Notes: generated by a model from the letters alone, not told the origin. 64,000 nucleotides of DNA from Candidatus Uhrbacteria bacterium (GCA_016188355.1 JACPHY010000003.1:8170-72169), one strand, 5' to 3'; shown: positions 47,695 to 58,736, counted from the first letter of the stretch. Program-made: numbers and translations.

Positions 47695-49104
47695 ATGCTC
47701 GATTGCACGCAAGCATGGCAGGCCGTCCTTGGGGAGCTCGAACTCCTCATTTCGAAACCGAATTTCACGACGTGGTTCAAAGGTTCTGGCCTCCTCTCGT
47801 TCGATGAACAATCGGCGATCGTTTGCGTGCCCAACACGTTCACGAAGTCGTGGCTCGAACAGAAGTACCACCAGCACATTCTTCGCGCGCTCCAGAACGT
47901 GACGCAGGTGCGCATTCGTCAGGTGGTGTATCGCGTAGAGGTGGTGCGGGTAGAAGATCGCCCCCTCCGTCGGGAGATGCCCGTTGCCGCGGCAGCGGTT
48001 CCCACTGCATCCGCGCCGTATGCGACGGAATCCGCCGCAGCGGCACCAAAGGAAGCAGCGGTCGTGAATCAGTTCGGTCTCAATCAGAAATATCTCTTCG
48101 ACACGTTCATTGTCGGCAAGAGCAGCGAACTCGCGCACGCTGCGTGCCAAGCAGTAGGATCCGCGGTCATTGATGGCCGCCAAAAACCGTACAATCCGCT
48201 CTTCATTTACGGCGGCGTGGGCCTTGGGAAGACCCACCTCCTCCAGGCGGTCGGCAATCGCGTCCTCAAATCGATGCCGCAAGCACGCATCCGGTACGTG
48301 ACCTGCGAGCAGTTCATGAATGATTTTGTCGCAACCGTGCGTGGCGGACAGGGGAAGGACTTCCACGATCGCTACCGCAACATCGATCTCCTCCTCATCG
48401 ACGACATCCAGTTCATTGCCGGAAAAGAGGGCACCCAGGAAGCATTCTTCCATACCTTCAACCACCTCCATCAGAATGATAAACAGGTGGTCCTCACGTC
48501 CGATCGTCCACCAAAGGCAATTCCCGCGCTCGAGCAACGACTCCTCTCGCGTTTCGAGTGGGGCATGATCGCGGACATTCAAAATCCGGACCTCGAAACA
48601 CGCATTGCCATTCTTGAGGCGAAGTGTCGCGAGCGCAATTTCCCGGTCGCCACGGAAGTGGTCCGCTTCCTCGCAACGAACATCCAGAGCAACGTGCGGG
48701 AACTCGAAGGCGCGCTCAATAAGTTCTTCGCGCACGTGCAATTCCACAAAGTGCCGACGACGGTGGAGGTGGCGCGGCAGATCATCACGCAACTCAGCAC
48801 CCTCCCCCGGCGCACCGCGCTCACTCCGAGGCAGCTCGTGCAGGTCGTTTCCGATTTCTACGACGTGCCCATTCCCGACATTGTAGGGAAGAGCCGAAAG
48901 AAGGAGCTCGTCGTCCCGCGACAAATCATCATGTTCCTCATGCGTGAGGAGATGAAAGCGAGCTACCCTTCCATCGGCCAGGAGCTCGGCGGTCGCGATC
49001 ACACCACCGCAATGCACGCGTACGACAAGATTCGCACCGAGGTGGAGAATGACGAGAAGATCCGCCAGGACATCCAGCTCATCCGCCAACGCATCTACGC
49101 ATAA
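47695..49104 (+). CDS. dnaA: chromosomal replication initiator DnaA
   Basis: YNPLFIYGGVGLGKTHL, LLIDDIQF, SRFEWG, RELEGAL, GGRDHTT. Confidence 0.98.
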   Translation: MLDCTQAWQAVLGELELLISKPNFTTWFKGSGLLSFDEQSAIVCVPNTFTKSWLEQKYHQHILRALQNVTQVRIRQVVYRVEVVRVEDRPLRREMPVAAAAVPTASAPYATESAAAAPKEAAVVNQFGLNQKYLFDTFIVGKSSELAHAACQAVGSAVIDGRQKPYNPLFIYGGVGLGKTHLLQAVGNRVLKSMPQARIRYVTCEQFMNDFVATVRGGQGKDFHDRYRNIDLLLIDDIQFIAGKEGTQEAFFHTFNHLHQNDKQVVLTSDRPPKAIPALEQRLLSRFEWGMIADIQNPDLETRIAILEAKCRERNFPVATEVVRFLATNIQSNVRELEGALNKFFAHVQFHKVPTTVEVARQIITQLSTLPRRTALTPRQLVQVVSDFYDVPIPDIVGKSRKKELVVPRQIIMFLMREEMKASYPSIGQELGGRDHTTAMHAYDKIRTEVENDEKIRQDIQLIRQRIYA

Positions 49105-49153
49105 GAGTGAACGGAGAACCTCCCGCCACAATCACGTGGCGGGAGGTTGGTAT

Positions 49154-49522
49154 TCAGGCAGCAGCCGGAAGTGTTGGGAGCTCATGCCAGCGGGGCGCGC
49201 CGACGCTCACATTGTCCGCGAAGTGGGAGGGGTTGAGGGCATGGTCGTGCCCCGACGGAATGTAGAGGGGGACGAAATCGCCGATGCACTCCGTTCGGAA
49301 ACCAGCCGGGTTCAGGGTCGTGCCGGGGTGCAGGTACGTCCCGTCATTGCGCATCCCGCTGATCGAAACGCCGGCACGCGCGGATGCACAGCAGGCGCAC
49401 AGGAACTCCCCGCGCTGATCATGATCCTTGTAGCGCCACAACTTGCATCCCTGCGCCGCGCACTGCGTGCACCGCAACTTCCCCGCGGCCATCAAGCGCG
49501 TCCACCAATCCACCCATGCCAT
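49154..49522 (-). CDS. Cys-rich hypothetical protein (zinc-ribbon-like)
   Basis: CTQC...CKLWR...LCACC; AAAGGAAG RBS. Confidence 0.65.
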   Translation of the reverse strand: MAWVDWWTRLMAAGKLRCTQCAAQGCKLWRYKDHDQRGEFLCACCASARAGVSISGMRNDGTYLHPGTTLNPAGFRTECIGDFVPLYIPSGHDHALNPSHFADNVSVGAPRWHELPTLPAAA

Positions 49523-49629
49523 TTGCTCACTTCCTTTCTCATGCACGCACCGCAGCACGGCGGTGACCTGCTGATTGTTTTTATCAAACCAAGACTCCCC
49601 AAGCGCCAAGCGTTCAAGCTACAAGTACC

Positions 49630-50457
49630 TCACTCCCGCAAGCGAGGCACCGAGAGGCCCGAGTCGTCATTGCTACGGCCGCTGGCGCGGACGCTCACCT
49701 GACGAGAGCCGCATCTGAAGTGTACGACCACGACGTCCTGCCACGCCTTACCGCCGCTCTCGGGGACGTTGACCTCGTAGCCAGCGGCGAACAAGCCGGG
49801 GAGCTTGTCGTAGTCGATGGCGCGGATCATGTCCGGGAACATCCACGCGATCACGAGCAACTCGTCGGCGAGCGAATGGGTATCGCGTACCGCCGTGATG
49901 CTCTCGCGATCTCGGTTGGTGTTGCAATCGGCCACGATCCACTCGACGACCGCGTGGTGCGTGTGGTTGCCGTTCAGGAGCCGCAGGCACTCCACCGGTT
50001 CGCCCTTGTACTCGACCGCACCGGAGCGGAGCCGTTCCCAGGGCCAGAAGCGGCCCTCACCAAAGACGTGCTGGATGCGCGCGTAGTGCGCCTCAAAGGT
50101 CCTAGCAACTCCCTCGTCCCCCTCGCCGAAGCGGATGCGAAACGAACGGTAGGCGGACCTGCCCTTCGGCCACGCGGGAGCGGACGAAGTGAGACGGGTG
50201 AAATCCTCCTCGGTCAATCCCCACTGCTCCTCGTTATTGGCGCGACGGAGAGCGGCGAGTTGCGCGTCGATGGTCATTTCGTAGGAGCCCCTTCCATGCG
50301 CATCGATCAATCCCGGGATCGATTGCACCCACTGATCCATGAGATTGTCGTCACCGAGCAACAGAGCGAGCTGCTCAACCGTGCCGCCGAAGCGACCAAA
50401 CCGACCAAAGAACTCTGCGCTCTGTGTGATGCTCACTTCCGATGCAAGACTAGTCAT
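49630..50457 (-). CDS. hypothetical protein
   Basis: About 275 aa, strong codon bias, purine-rich RBS. Confidence 0.75.
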   Translation of the reverse strand: MTSLASEVSITQSAEFFGRFGRFGGTVEQLALLLGDDNLMDQWVQSIPGLIDAHGRGSYEMTIDAQLAALRRANNEEQWGLTEEDFTRLTSSAPAWPKGRSAYRSFRIRFGEGDEGVARTFEAHYARIQHVFGEGRFWPWERLRSGAVEYKGEPVECLRLLNGNHTHHAVVEWIVADCNTNRDRESITAVRDTHSLADELLVIAWMFPDMIRAIDYDKLPGLFAAGYEVNVPESGGKAWQDVVVVHFRCGSRQVSVRASGRSNDDSGLSVPRLRE

Positions 50458-50559
50458 GATGACCTGCCCTTCCTCTGCGCCGCCGACTAGCCCGGGTTCC
50501 GACACCTGTCGGATGACCGAACCTGCCTATTTTGGTTGAAAGCGGCATATTGCAGCCAA

Positions 50560-51070
50560 TAAATTAGCCACAAAACGCCGCTTTCAACGAAGAATTCCAT
50601 GAAAAAGAACACTCATTTATAGCTCGTATTTGGGAAAAAGTCAAGCGTTTGAGCAAAAAAAACTCTTGTTCGCGCTATTTTTCAATTTACAAAGCGATGC
50701 TCTCCCATCCACGGGATCTTATCCCCACTTTCCACCGGTTATCCACTTACCCACTCCGATCCACAGAATTATCCCTCAACTCTGATAAATTTCCACATGT
50801 GGACCCATAGTCGATAGGGGTATGGAACACTGGGGCGCGTCCTGGTGATGATTCGATCACTATTCCACACCCATTTTTCGTGCCCGTTTTTGATCCCCAT
50901 TTCCTTCCCCATCCTCCCCCGCGCTACCCACGGGTTCGGCGAACTTGTGGATTGCGGTGGATTACGCTACACTGAGCTGTAATTGTGGTGCATCATTTTG
51001 ATGCCTTTGCGAGTATCCACCGCCTTATTATTATTCTTAGTATCTCTATATCTTAAGAGAGAAGAATAAG
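50560..51070. other. candidate replication origin (oriC)
   Basis: AT-rich intergenic region upstream of dnaN with DnaA-box-like 9-mers (TTATCCCCA 50719, TTATCCACT 50739, CGATCCACA 50757, ATTTCCACA 50789, TATTCCACA 50861, TGTGGATTG 50946, GTATCCACC 51013), a (TTA)n AT-rich tract at 51025, and a visible C-rich to G-rich switch of the + strand. Confidence 0.8.
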
Positions 51071-51099
51071 AGTACGGCATTAATGAGGAGGAAACCGAC

Positions 51100-52224
51100 A
51101 TGCAATTCTCGTGCACTCAAGAAAATTTCCGGATCGCGCTCGGCCTCCTGAGTCATATCGCTGCCCGGCAAGGAACATTGCCCATTCTCTCCAATGTCCT
51201 TTTGCGAGCAGAATCGAAGGTGCTCACGTTGGTGGCGACTAATCTCGAGTTGGCGATGACATGTGCGCTTCGCGGCAAAGTGGAAGAAGATGGCGCAGTG
51301 ACGGTGAATGCGAAACTCTTGGGGGATGTAGTGAATCTCCTCCCGAAGGATCGCGTCGATGCGCAGACACATAGTGCGGAGCTCGAACTCTCCTGTCGTG
51401 GGAGCAACACCAAGGTGCGTGGTATGGATGCGGCGGAGTTCCCGCTCATTCCCACGGTGGATCGCGGTGCGGAGGCACGGGTGCGAATCCAGGAACTTCG
51501 GGAGGCGCTGGGGAGCACAGCGTTTGCGGTAGCGGCTACAGAGAGTCGCCCGGAGCTCGCGGGGGTACTCATCACCTTCGAATCGAGCGCGCTCACGGTG
51601 GTGGCAACGGACAGCTACCGACTGGCGGAACGAAAGCTCCCAGTGATCGCGACGACGGTTCCTGCGGGCATGAGTGTGATTGTACCGGCGCGGACGATTC
51701 AGGAGGTGCTCCGGGTCCTTGGGGTGCTCGAGGGAACGGATGATGCAGGCGAGGAGGTGGCGATTGCGGTCACCCCCACACAGCTCCTCATTACGATTGG
51801 TGGACTTCAAGTTGTCTCGCGTCTCATCGATGGGACATATCCCGACTACGCACAGATCATTCCCCGTTCGGCGTCCACGCGCGTCCGTGTCCCACGTGGC
51901 GAGCTACAATCCATTGTGCGGGCCGCAAGTCTCTTTGCGCGCACTGGGGTGAATGATGTGCACCTTCGCATGCTGCCGAATGAGCATCAGTTGGTGGTGC
52001 GCTCGGAGAATGCGCAATTGGGCGAATACCAGTCCATTGTGAGCGCGGAGGTCACCGGCGACGCCGCGCAAACGATTCTCAATGCTCGCTACCTTCTCGA
52101 CGGACTCGCCGCAATACCCGACGCGGATGTTTTTATCGAACTCACCGGCGCCGTCGCACCGGTTGTTATCCGCCCCGCGGAGCTCACGGGGTACCTCTAC
52201 ATCGTGATGCCCATTAAGCAGTGA
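51100..52224 (+). CDS. dnaN: DNA polymerase III beta clamp
   Basis: LPILSNVLL, ATNLE, VATDSYRLA, SRLIDG.YPDY, YIVMPI. Confidence 0.97.
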   Translation: MQFSCTQENFRIALGLLSHIAARQGTLPILSNVLLRAESKVLTLVATNLELAMTCALRGKVEEDGAVTVNAKLLGDVVNLLPKDRVDAQTHSAELELSCRGSNTKVRGMDAAEFPLIPTVDRGAEARVRIQELREALGSTAFAVAATESRPELAGVLITFESSALTVVATDSYRLAERKLPVIATTVPAGMSVIVPARTIQEVLRVLGVLEGTDDAGEEVAIAVTPTQLLITIGGLQVVSRLIDGTYPDYAQIIPRSASTRVRVPRGELQSIVRAASLFARTGVNDVHLRMLPNEHQLVVRSENAQLGEYQSIVSAEVTGDAAQTILNARYLLDGLAAIPDADVFIELTGAVAPVVIRPAELTGYLYIVMPIKQ

Positions 52225-52287
52225 GGATGAGGTTTTGGCCATGATAATCCCCGCGTACCAGAAGGTACGCGGGGATTTGGGTAGTGG

Positions 52288-53562
52288 TTACTTTTGGGCG
52301 GCAACCAGCGTTGGAGGTGCTGAGGAACGACGTTGTTTTGCTTGCGTTGTTTTGAGCGCATGCACGCAGAAGGGGTGTGTCCAATCGACGCGATACCCGG
52401 TGTAGACTCCCTCTCCGCGGGGGTGCGGGGCATTGCACGGGATGAGGATCTTGATGCGGATGAGGAGGTTGAGGAGGGCGCGGCGATCGTCTTCGGTCAC
52501 CGCGGATTGCTCCTCACGGGGAATGCTGCGGAGGAGTTCCCGGAGATGGCGATCGAATCCAAATTCGGGATTGCCGTTATGTTGGCGGTGGAGATGGGAG
52601 AAGAAATGGCGGAGCACGCGTTCCACGAATGGGGCGCGGAGTTGGATGCGGAGGAGCGCCTCCTCTTGTGCGCGCGGCGTGGTGCCGAGGAGACGCTCCA
52701 AATCGCCCATGATGTCCGCGGGATTCCATCGGCGCGTTTCCTCCTCGATCTCCTCGGGCAGGGTGAGGACGATGCGCTGGACGCCATCCATGCGTGCGAG
52801 CGGTGCGCGATGGCGAAAGGTCGCCGCGGCGCATTGCCACTGTTGATCCAAGACGCGCCGCGCAAGGGGTATGAAGTTGCCGTCGTCGCTCACGAGGATC
52901 ACGCCCGCCACCACGTCCCGCCGGAGCATCTGGAGAAAATCGAGGACGTAGGTGATGAGGCTGGGATCCACCATGTCCTTCGTGCCGTGGAGTGCGTCGC
53001 AGTGGAATCCAATGGGGAATCCCGCCTCCGCAAATGCCTTCCGCCCCTCCCAGGGGATTGCGTCGTAGTTGCCGATGGCAAACGTGGTGGCGATCGGATG
53101 CCTCCGCACGAGTTGTCGCTGGAGATGACCGGGGCGTAGAGGCACGCCTGCGTCCGCGTGGATGCGGTACACGTTGTTTGCGTCTATGACCACGACCCAC
53201 GAGCGCGGTTCCGATAGCGGAGCGATGCTGGTGGGGAGTGGGGTGAGTGTGGTGGGTGGCGGTGTGGGCTCGGGCAACGATTCGCCTACGCGAGAGATGA
53301 TGGCATAGCTCACGCCCCCTTTCTTCTTGAGGTGTTGGAGTTGTACGAGTGCGCCGAGCGCTTCGGAATCCAGTCCCGCCTCGCGGAGCACCTGCCATGG
53401 ATTGACGACGATGAGTTCGCCCGTCGCATCGGACGTGGCGTGCGCACGAAGGGTCGCCATGATGTTGGCGAGGCCCGGAATTTGATTCACCGTTTCCTCC
53501 TCCTCGATTCCCTTGCGTTGGGAAAGGGCACGCGCTAGTGGCGCGTCGACCGAACGTACCAC
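52288..53562 (-). CDS. NYN (LabA/DUF88, PIN-like) domain protein; start uncertain
   Basis: VVIDANN, KDMVD..L, LVSDDGNF.PL. Confidence 0.75.
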   Translation of the reverse strand: MVRSVDAPLARALSQRKGIEEEETVNQIPGLANIMATLRAHATSDATGELIVVNPWQVLREAGLDSEALGALVQLQHLKKKGGVSYAIISRVGESLPEPTPPPTTLTPLPTSIAPLSEPRSWVVVIDANNVYRIHADAGVPLRPGHLQRQLVRRHPIATTFAIGNYDAIPWEGRKAFAEAGFPIGFHCDALHGTKDMVDPSLITYVLDFLQMLRRDVVAGVILVSDDGNFIPLARRVLDQQWQCAAATFRHRAPLARMDGVQRIVLTLPEEIEEETRRWNPADIMGDLERLLGTTPRAQEEALLRIQLRAPFVERVLRHFFSHLHRQHNGNPEFGFDRHLRELLRSIPREEQSAVTEDDRRALLNLLIRIKILIPCNAPHPRGEGVYTGYRVDWTHPFCVHALKTTQAKQRRSSAPPTLVAAQK

Positions 53563-53671
53563 GGAGCGCGATGGTGGTCAACAGGGGGTCGTCGGGATGA
53601 CCGTAATGGAATTGGTGGTGGACGCATAAATATAAAACCACCGGACCGAGGTCCGGTGGTTTTTGGGCCAG

Positions 53672-56533
53672 CTACTCTACGGTCACTTCGCGGGGATCAC
53701 TCTCCGCGAGGAGTGCGGTGTCCGCGTAGAGGCGTGCACGGAGCGTGATGGGGCCTGGCGTGGGGCGTTGTGGCCAGAGGACGCGGATGATGCCGTCCGG
53801 GGGCGGCACGACGCTCGTGAGGAGCTCGGTGCTCCCCTCGCTCGCCATGAGAATTTCCACGCGATTCGCTCCAGCGGTGGTCGTGGCGCGGATGGTGAGG
53901 GTCGCTGGAAAATCTGAGGTACGGAGCGTCGCGCCCGGGTTCGGCTGCTCCCAGATGAGCGCGATCGGTTCCCGATCGGAGAGCACATCAATCGGCACAA
54001 CGACGGTGCGCTCGTTGCCCACGTCATCGTAGGCGCTCACGCGGAGATCGTGGAGCCCGCGCCCAATACTCGCCGGGAGACGAACGGTGTACTGGAATTC
54101 CGGAGCGGTGGGCGCGAAGAGCGCAGCGGCAATGTGATCAATGGTGATCGTGATGCGCTGGACGCCACGCGGTGCGGCGACGGAGCCGGCCACGAGGACT
54201 TCACGGCCGCTCACGTACGCACGGGGCTCGGGTGTGGTGATCGCGAGTGCGGGTCGATTCGCCTCCGTATGGACATCGTCCATTTCCGCAGGCGGCGTGC
54301 TGAGCGTGAGGTGATTCCGTTTCGCCCAGGAGCGAACGCCTGCTTCCCACGCGGCGTACATGGGATCATCCTCTGGTCGATCTGGTGGCGCGCCCCGCGG
54401 GTCGTCACGCCGTACGTAGTGCAGAATGTCATGCAGGTCCTGGTACTCCCGTTCCTCCACCTGATCGGGCGGCGTGGCATCGGTGGCGCGTTTCCCCGTG
54501 GTGCGATCAATGCGGACGCGGACGGTGCCGGGGTGGACGCCATGGAGGATCGGGGGGAGATCCGGGATCGGCTGTGGCGCGGTGAAGGATTCCGCCGGTT
54601 TTCCGGTGAGTGACGTATCGAGGAACATGCGCCAGATCGGCGCGGCGACGAATGATCCGTCCGATCGGTGCTTCATGGGCGCGTTGTTGTTGTTGCCAAC
54701 CCAGACTCCCACGGCAAGTGATGGGGTGAATCCCATCGTCCATGCATCGCGCCAGTCGTTCGTGGTGCCCGTTTTCGCAGCGACGAGACGGTTCGGGAAA
54801 GCGAGCGGCGATCGCGGACCGAAGACGTAGGTGCGCGCGTCATTGTCCGTCATGACGCTTGTGAGCTGTCGGACGACCTCCGCATCCACGACCCGCGTTC
54901 CCGAATCGGGCGGTGCCTCAGTGAGGACCTGACGGTGCTGATCCTCGACGCGCAAGATGGCGACCGTGGGTCGGCGAATGCCATCCGCGGCGAGCGTCGC
55001 GTATGCGCTCGTGTGTTCGAGGAGCGTCACCTCGCCGCCGCCGAGCACGAGCGCAAGGCCGAATCGCGCGCGATCGCGGAGCGTGGTGTACCCGAGACGT
55101 TCCGCGAGATCAATCGCAGTATCAATGCCGGTGAGGTAGAGCGTTTTCACCGCGGGGATGTTGAGGGATCCCGCGAGCGCCTTCCGGAGGGTGACGAATC
55201 CGTACTCCTTGCCGTTGTAGTTGTGGGGTTGGTACGCACCGACGGTCGTGGGAAATGTGGTTTGCGTGTCCGCAATGAGGGTGTCCGGGGTATATCCTTT
55301 CGCGAATGCAGCCGCGTAGACGATCGGCTTAAAAGAGGAGCCCGGTTGCCGGGGACGGAGTGCGACGTTCACCTGGCCGTCTATTTTTGGATCAAAGAAA
55401 TCGCGGGATCCGACCATCGCGAGGATTTGGCCGGTGCGGGGATCGATGGCGACGAGTGCCGCATTGGAGGAGTTGAATTCCTTGGCATTGCGATCCCCAT
55501 ATTTTGTCACCGCCGCCTCAGCGGCGGACTGGAGATCGAGATCGATGGAGGTGGTCACCTTGAGGCCGCCCTGCTCCACCACGCGCTCACCGTATTGGTT
55601 GGTGAGGAGTTCACGGACGTACATGACGAAGTGTGGTGCAACGATTGCCTCGCGTCGCGGCCGAACGCGCTTGAGGATGTCCACCTGCGTTGCGGTTGCT
55701 GCGTCTTCCTGGGAAATATATCCTTGCTCCGCCATGCGGGACAGAATCGCGTGCGTGCGCGCCACGAGCGCGTCGCGGTGACTGCCGTATGGCGAGTAGT
55801 AGGTGGGCCCATTCGGGAGCGCCGCGAGCATCGCAGACTCCGCGAGATCGACATCGCGCGCGGATTTCCCAAAGAAGGTTTGACTCGCCGCCTCCACACC
55901 GTATGCCGTGGACCCGTAGGGAATTTCGTTGAGGTAGAGGGTGAGAATTTCGTCCTTCGAGAAGCGGCGTTCCATTTGGTATGCCACGAGCAGCTCCTTG
56001 AGTTTTCGGCTCACGATCCGGTCCGGGGTGAGGATCGCATTCTTGATGAGCTGCTGTGTAATGGTAGAGCCGCCCTGGAGCGAACCACCCCGGAGATTCA
56101 CCCATGTCGCTCGCAGGATACCGCGGAAGCTAATGCCGCGGTGCTGATAGAAGGTTCGGTCCTCCACCGCAATCGTTGCCCACTTCACGGTCGGGGCGAT
56201 TTGGTCGAGGGTGACATGCGTCCGTCGTTCCTCGCCATGGATTTCGTAGAGGAGTTTCGTGCCGGTGCGATCGTAAATTTTGGTGGATTGTGGAACGGTG
56301 CGCGTGATGAGGCGCGCGGGATCGGGGAGATCGCGCGCCGACCATGCGAGGAGGAGTGCGAGCGCGAGTCCGCCCATCAGTGTGCCGGCAATACCGAGCG
56401 CCACGAGGGCACCGAAGAGGCGTCGGATCCGGTGCCGATTTCGGCGCGTTTTTGCAATTGCTGCTGGCGGCCGCGCTTTCGGCTTGCGCCATTCACCGGG
56501 CGAGTAGGGCTGGCGAGGAGAAGGAGTAGGCAT
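53672..56533 (-). CDS. class A penicillin-binding protein (PBP1A family) with C-terminal Ig-like domains
   Basis: EDRTFY.H.G, GGSTITQQL.KN, RKLKE; QPGSSFKP (SxxK), SLN, KTGT. Confidence 0.96.
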   Translation of the reverse strand: MPTPSPRQPYSPGEWRKPKARPPAAIAKTRRNRHRIRRLFGALVALGIAGTLMGGLALALLLAWSARDLPDPARLITRTVPQSTKIYDRTGTKLLYEIHGEERRTHVTLDQIAPTVKWATIAVEDRTFYQHRGISFRGILRATWVNLRGGSLQGGSTITQQLIKNAILTPDRIVSRKLKELLVAYQMERRFSKDEILTLYLNEIPYGSTAYGVEAASQTFFGKSARDVDLAESAMLAALPNGPTYYSPYGSHRDALVARTHAILSRMAEQGYISQEDAATATQVDILKRVRPRREAIVAPHFVMYVRELLTNQYGERVVEQGGLKVTTSIDLDLQSAAEAAVTKYGDRNAKEFNSSNAALVAIDPRTGQILAMVGSRDFFDPKIDGQVNVALRPRQPGSSFKPIVYAAAFAKGYTPDTLIADTQTTFPTTVGAYQPHNYNGKEYGFVTLRKALAGSLNIPAVKTLYLTGIDTAIDLAERLGYTTLRDRARFGLALVLGGGEVTLLEHTSAYATLAADGIRRPTVAILRVEDQHRQVLTEAPPDSGTRVVDAEVVRQLTSVMTDNDARTYVFGPRSPLAFPNRLVAAKTGTTNDWRDAWTMGFTPSLAVGVWVGNNNNAPMKHRSDGSFVAAPIWRMFLDTSLTGKPAESFTAPQPIPDLPPILHGVHPGTVRVRIDRTTGKRATDATPPDQVEEREYQDLHDILHYVRRDDPRGAPPDRPEDDPMYAAWEAGVRSWAKRNHLTLSTPPAEMDDVHTEANRPALAITTPEPRAYVSGREVLVAGSVAAPRGVQRITITIDHIAAALFAPTAPEFQYTVRLPASIGRGLHDLRVSAYDDVGNERTVVVPIDVLSDREPIALIWEQPNPGATLRTSDFPATLTIRATTTAGANRVEILMASEGSTELLTSVVPPPDGIIRVLWPQRPTPGPITLRARLYADTALLAESDPREVTVE

Positions 56534-56694
56534 GTCATTTGCGGGACACCCAGTAAAGGGCACTCGGCTCAATGAGGGCACTATACGTGCATATCCCCAT
56601 TGTATCAACCTCATTGGCACAGGTGTGGCGCTCTTGGTACGCTACACGCAGCAATGCGAGTGTGTCCGAGGTTGCTCAGCGGGAGATCGCCCTA

Positions 56695-56766
56695 GGCCCG
56701 GTAGCCAAGTGGTAAGGCGAGGGTCTGCAAAACCCTTATTCGTGGGTTCAATTCCCACCCGGGCCT
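56695..56766 (+). tRNA. tRNA-Cys (GCA)
   Basis: GGCCCGG acceptor stem pairing with CCGGGCC, D-arm AGCCAAGTGGTAAGGC, anticodon loop CTGCAAA, T-loop GGTTCAATTCC, U discriminator; CCA not encoded. Confidence 0.96.
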
Positions 56767-57308
56767 GAGGCGAACTCCCGCTGCTCCGCTCGATCGATGT
56801 GCTCGTGAGTCTCATTTTCATAGCGCGGGTGACCGTTCAATGACACGGAGGGCGATCGAGGTATTGTTGGGACGTGGATATGATTTGTTTGACTCTATCC
56901 ACAGGTTATCGGCAATCGAACGTGCGGTACGGTGGTGCTCGAGAATGCACGGGAGTTATGGTTCGGAGGAATCGCGTAACAGAGATTACTTGACACGTTC
57001 TCACATGCCTGGGAAACTATGAATGAACAGCGGCCCTGACGGGGTCGCGTCTCCGTACCCTCCGGGGTACTTTCGTTTTTCATCCACACGTACTCCTGCT
57101 TGCCCCATGATCGTCTCGTAAATCCTATCGGAGGGAATGCCCAACGGTAGGTGGAGACGAGTGGAGCAAGCCGGGGGTAGTTGTGGGGGAAAAACGTTTT
57201 TTGTTTTCCGCTCTTTTCTCCCCCAAGAATGACAAGATGATCGAGTACGGAATCCCGATCGCGGCAGCGAGGGGCTGCCCGGATTCGGGTGTTTGCAGGA
57301 GGAGCATC

Positions 57309-58439
57309 ATGCAGCAGGCAGAAACGGTGCGTGCGGAGACGGCAGCCGTCCGGGTGGACGCGACACCGCGACAGGAGTTCTTCAGCGTCGGTCGGCCGGT
57401 CGTGCGGGCGCGCAATCTCATTGCGAGTGTCATGTCGGCCACGAAACAGAAGCTCTTCGGGGCGGCCACTCCATTCGATCCGGCTTCGTTCCGAGAGTGC
57501 GTCGCCATTCCAGGCGGCGATGTCCGCGCCTACCTGGCGCAGCGACTGGAGCAATCCGATCTGACCGTGAACATCCCGAGCGTCCCGATGATCGACACCG
57601 CCATCATTGCCATGGCGAGACAGATCGCACACCCGCCGGAGCGGTTGCACACGCTCAATGGTCGGAAGCTCGAGCGGATCGCGCTCGAATACCTGATCGC
57701 CGGCTGCTATCTGCCCCCTGCGGCAATCGTGCCGTTCGAACGATACCTCGACATCTCGCTTGCGTTCCGTGATGCGGCGAAGCAGCTCAATCACGCCGCG
57801 CGCGTCTCCACGGAGGACGCGTTCGTGCGTGGGGCGAGTACGAACTTTGCCCCACTCATGCGCCTCAACACCGGTGCGGACGATGCGTGGAAGACCATCA
57901 CGACGCTGCTCACCACGGACGCGCACCTCGCGACCCTGCGTACGCGTTTCCTGGCCCCGTTCATCTACCCGAACTGGTCGACGTGGCAGGAGCTCGCACG
58001 CATGGAGTCGGCCCGTCGCCTGGCGATCTGCTCGGAGCTCTGCGTGCTGCTCACGGAAGAACGAACGCCGTTCGTCACGAACGAGCGATTCGTCCGCGCG
58101 GTGTCTCTGGTGGACGGCAATCAGCTCCTCGTTGGCGGTAATCCGTTCGGGGTCACCAGGGAGACGTGCATGGAATCGGTGCGGCACGCGCGGATGCCGG
58201 GCATGCAGCGCGCGGACGCAACGCAGATCGAGTTCCATGGGGTTCCCGCGGGGAGCGTCGGGGGAACGATCGCGGGGCTCCGCGGCGGCATCGATGGTTC
58301 AATGCGGTTGGTCGATGGTGGGCGCATCCAATTCACGCTCGCCCTCACGGAAGGCCTGCCGAAGTCTGCGCCGTGCGTCGTACCGATCGATGTCCATGTT
58401 CCGGGGCATGCCTGGAACGCGACCCTCTACTGTAGCTAG
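57309..58439 (+). CDS. hypothetical protein
   Basis: AGGAGGAG RBS before ATG 57309; about 376 aa. Confidence 0.72.
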   Translation: MQQAETVRAETAAVRVDATPRQEFFSVGRPVVRARNLIASVMSATKQKLFGAATPFDPASFRECVAIPGGDVRAYLAQRLEQSDLTVNIPSVPMIDTAIIAMARQIAHPPERLHTLNGRKLERIALEYLIAGCYLPPAAIVPFERYLDISLAFRDAAKQLNHAARVSTEDAFVRGASTNFAPLMRLNTGADDAWKTITTLLTTDAHLATLRTRFLAPFIYPNWSTWQELARMESARRLAICSELCVLLTEERTPFVTNERFVRAVSLVDGNQLLVGGNPFGVTRETCMESVRHARMPGMQRADATQIEFHGVPAGSVGGTIAGLRGGIDGSMRLVDGGRIQFTLALTEGLPKSAPCVVPIDVHVPGHAWNATLYCS

Positions 58440-58736
58440 GTCACAATTCGAATAGGCACGGCGCATGGAGAGGTGCCCCCTGCCCGTGCCGCCGGGCTTC
58501 GCGTGCATACGGCCATACACTCGAATGCCCGGTTGCGACCGACCGCGAGGCGGAATTCGTGATCCTGCATGAGACGCCTTCTTGGAAAGCCATCCGAAAT
58601 GCATGATTGCGGGTGATCGAATTCCGCCTCGCGGGAGGCGCTGCGGTCCATGAGATCTGACGCCCCCATGAACTCCATGGGGGCGCTTCTTTTTGCGTTC
58701 CGAATGTCGACGCGGTGGATGGTATCGTGGAGACAC

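Noticed and set aside
50653-50672. Unit 10 dinucleotides (AAAAACTCTTG) match a stretch near oriC
   Set aside because: An 11-nt match is expected by chance given hundreds of possible sub-strings and 128 kb of searchable sequence.
56695-58440. Genomic island integrated at tRNA-Cys
   Set aside because: No integrase and no duplicated tRNA 3' end was noticed in the window.
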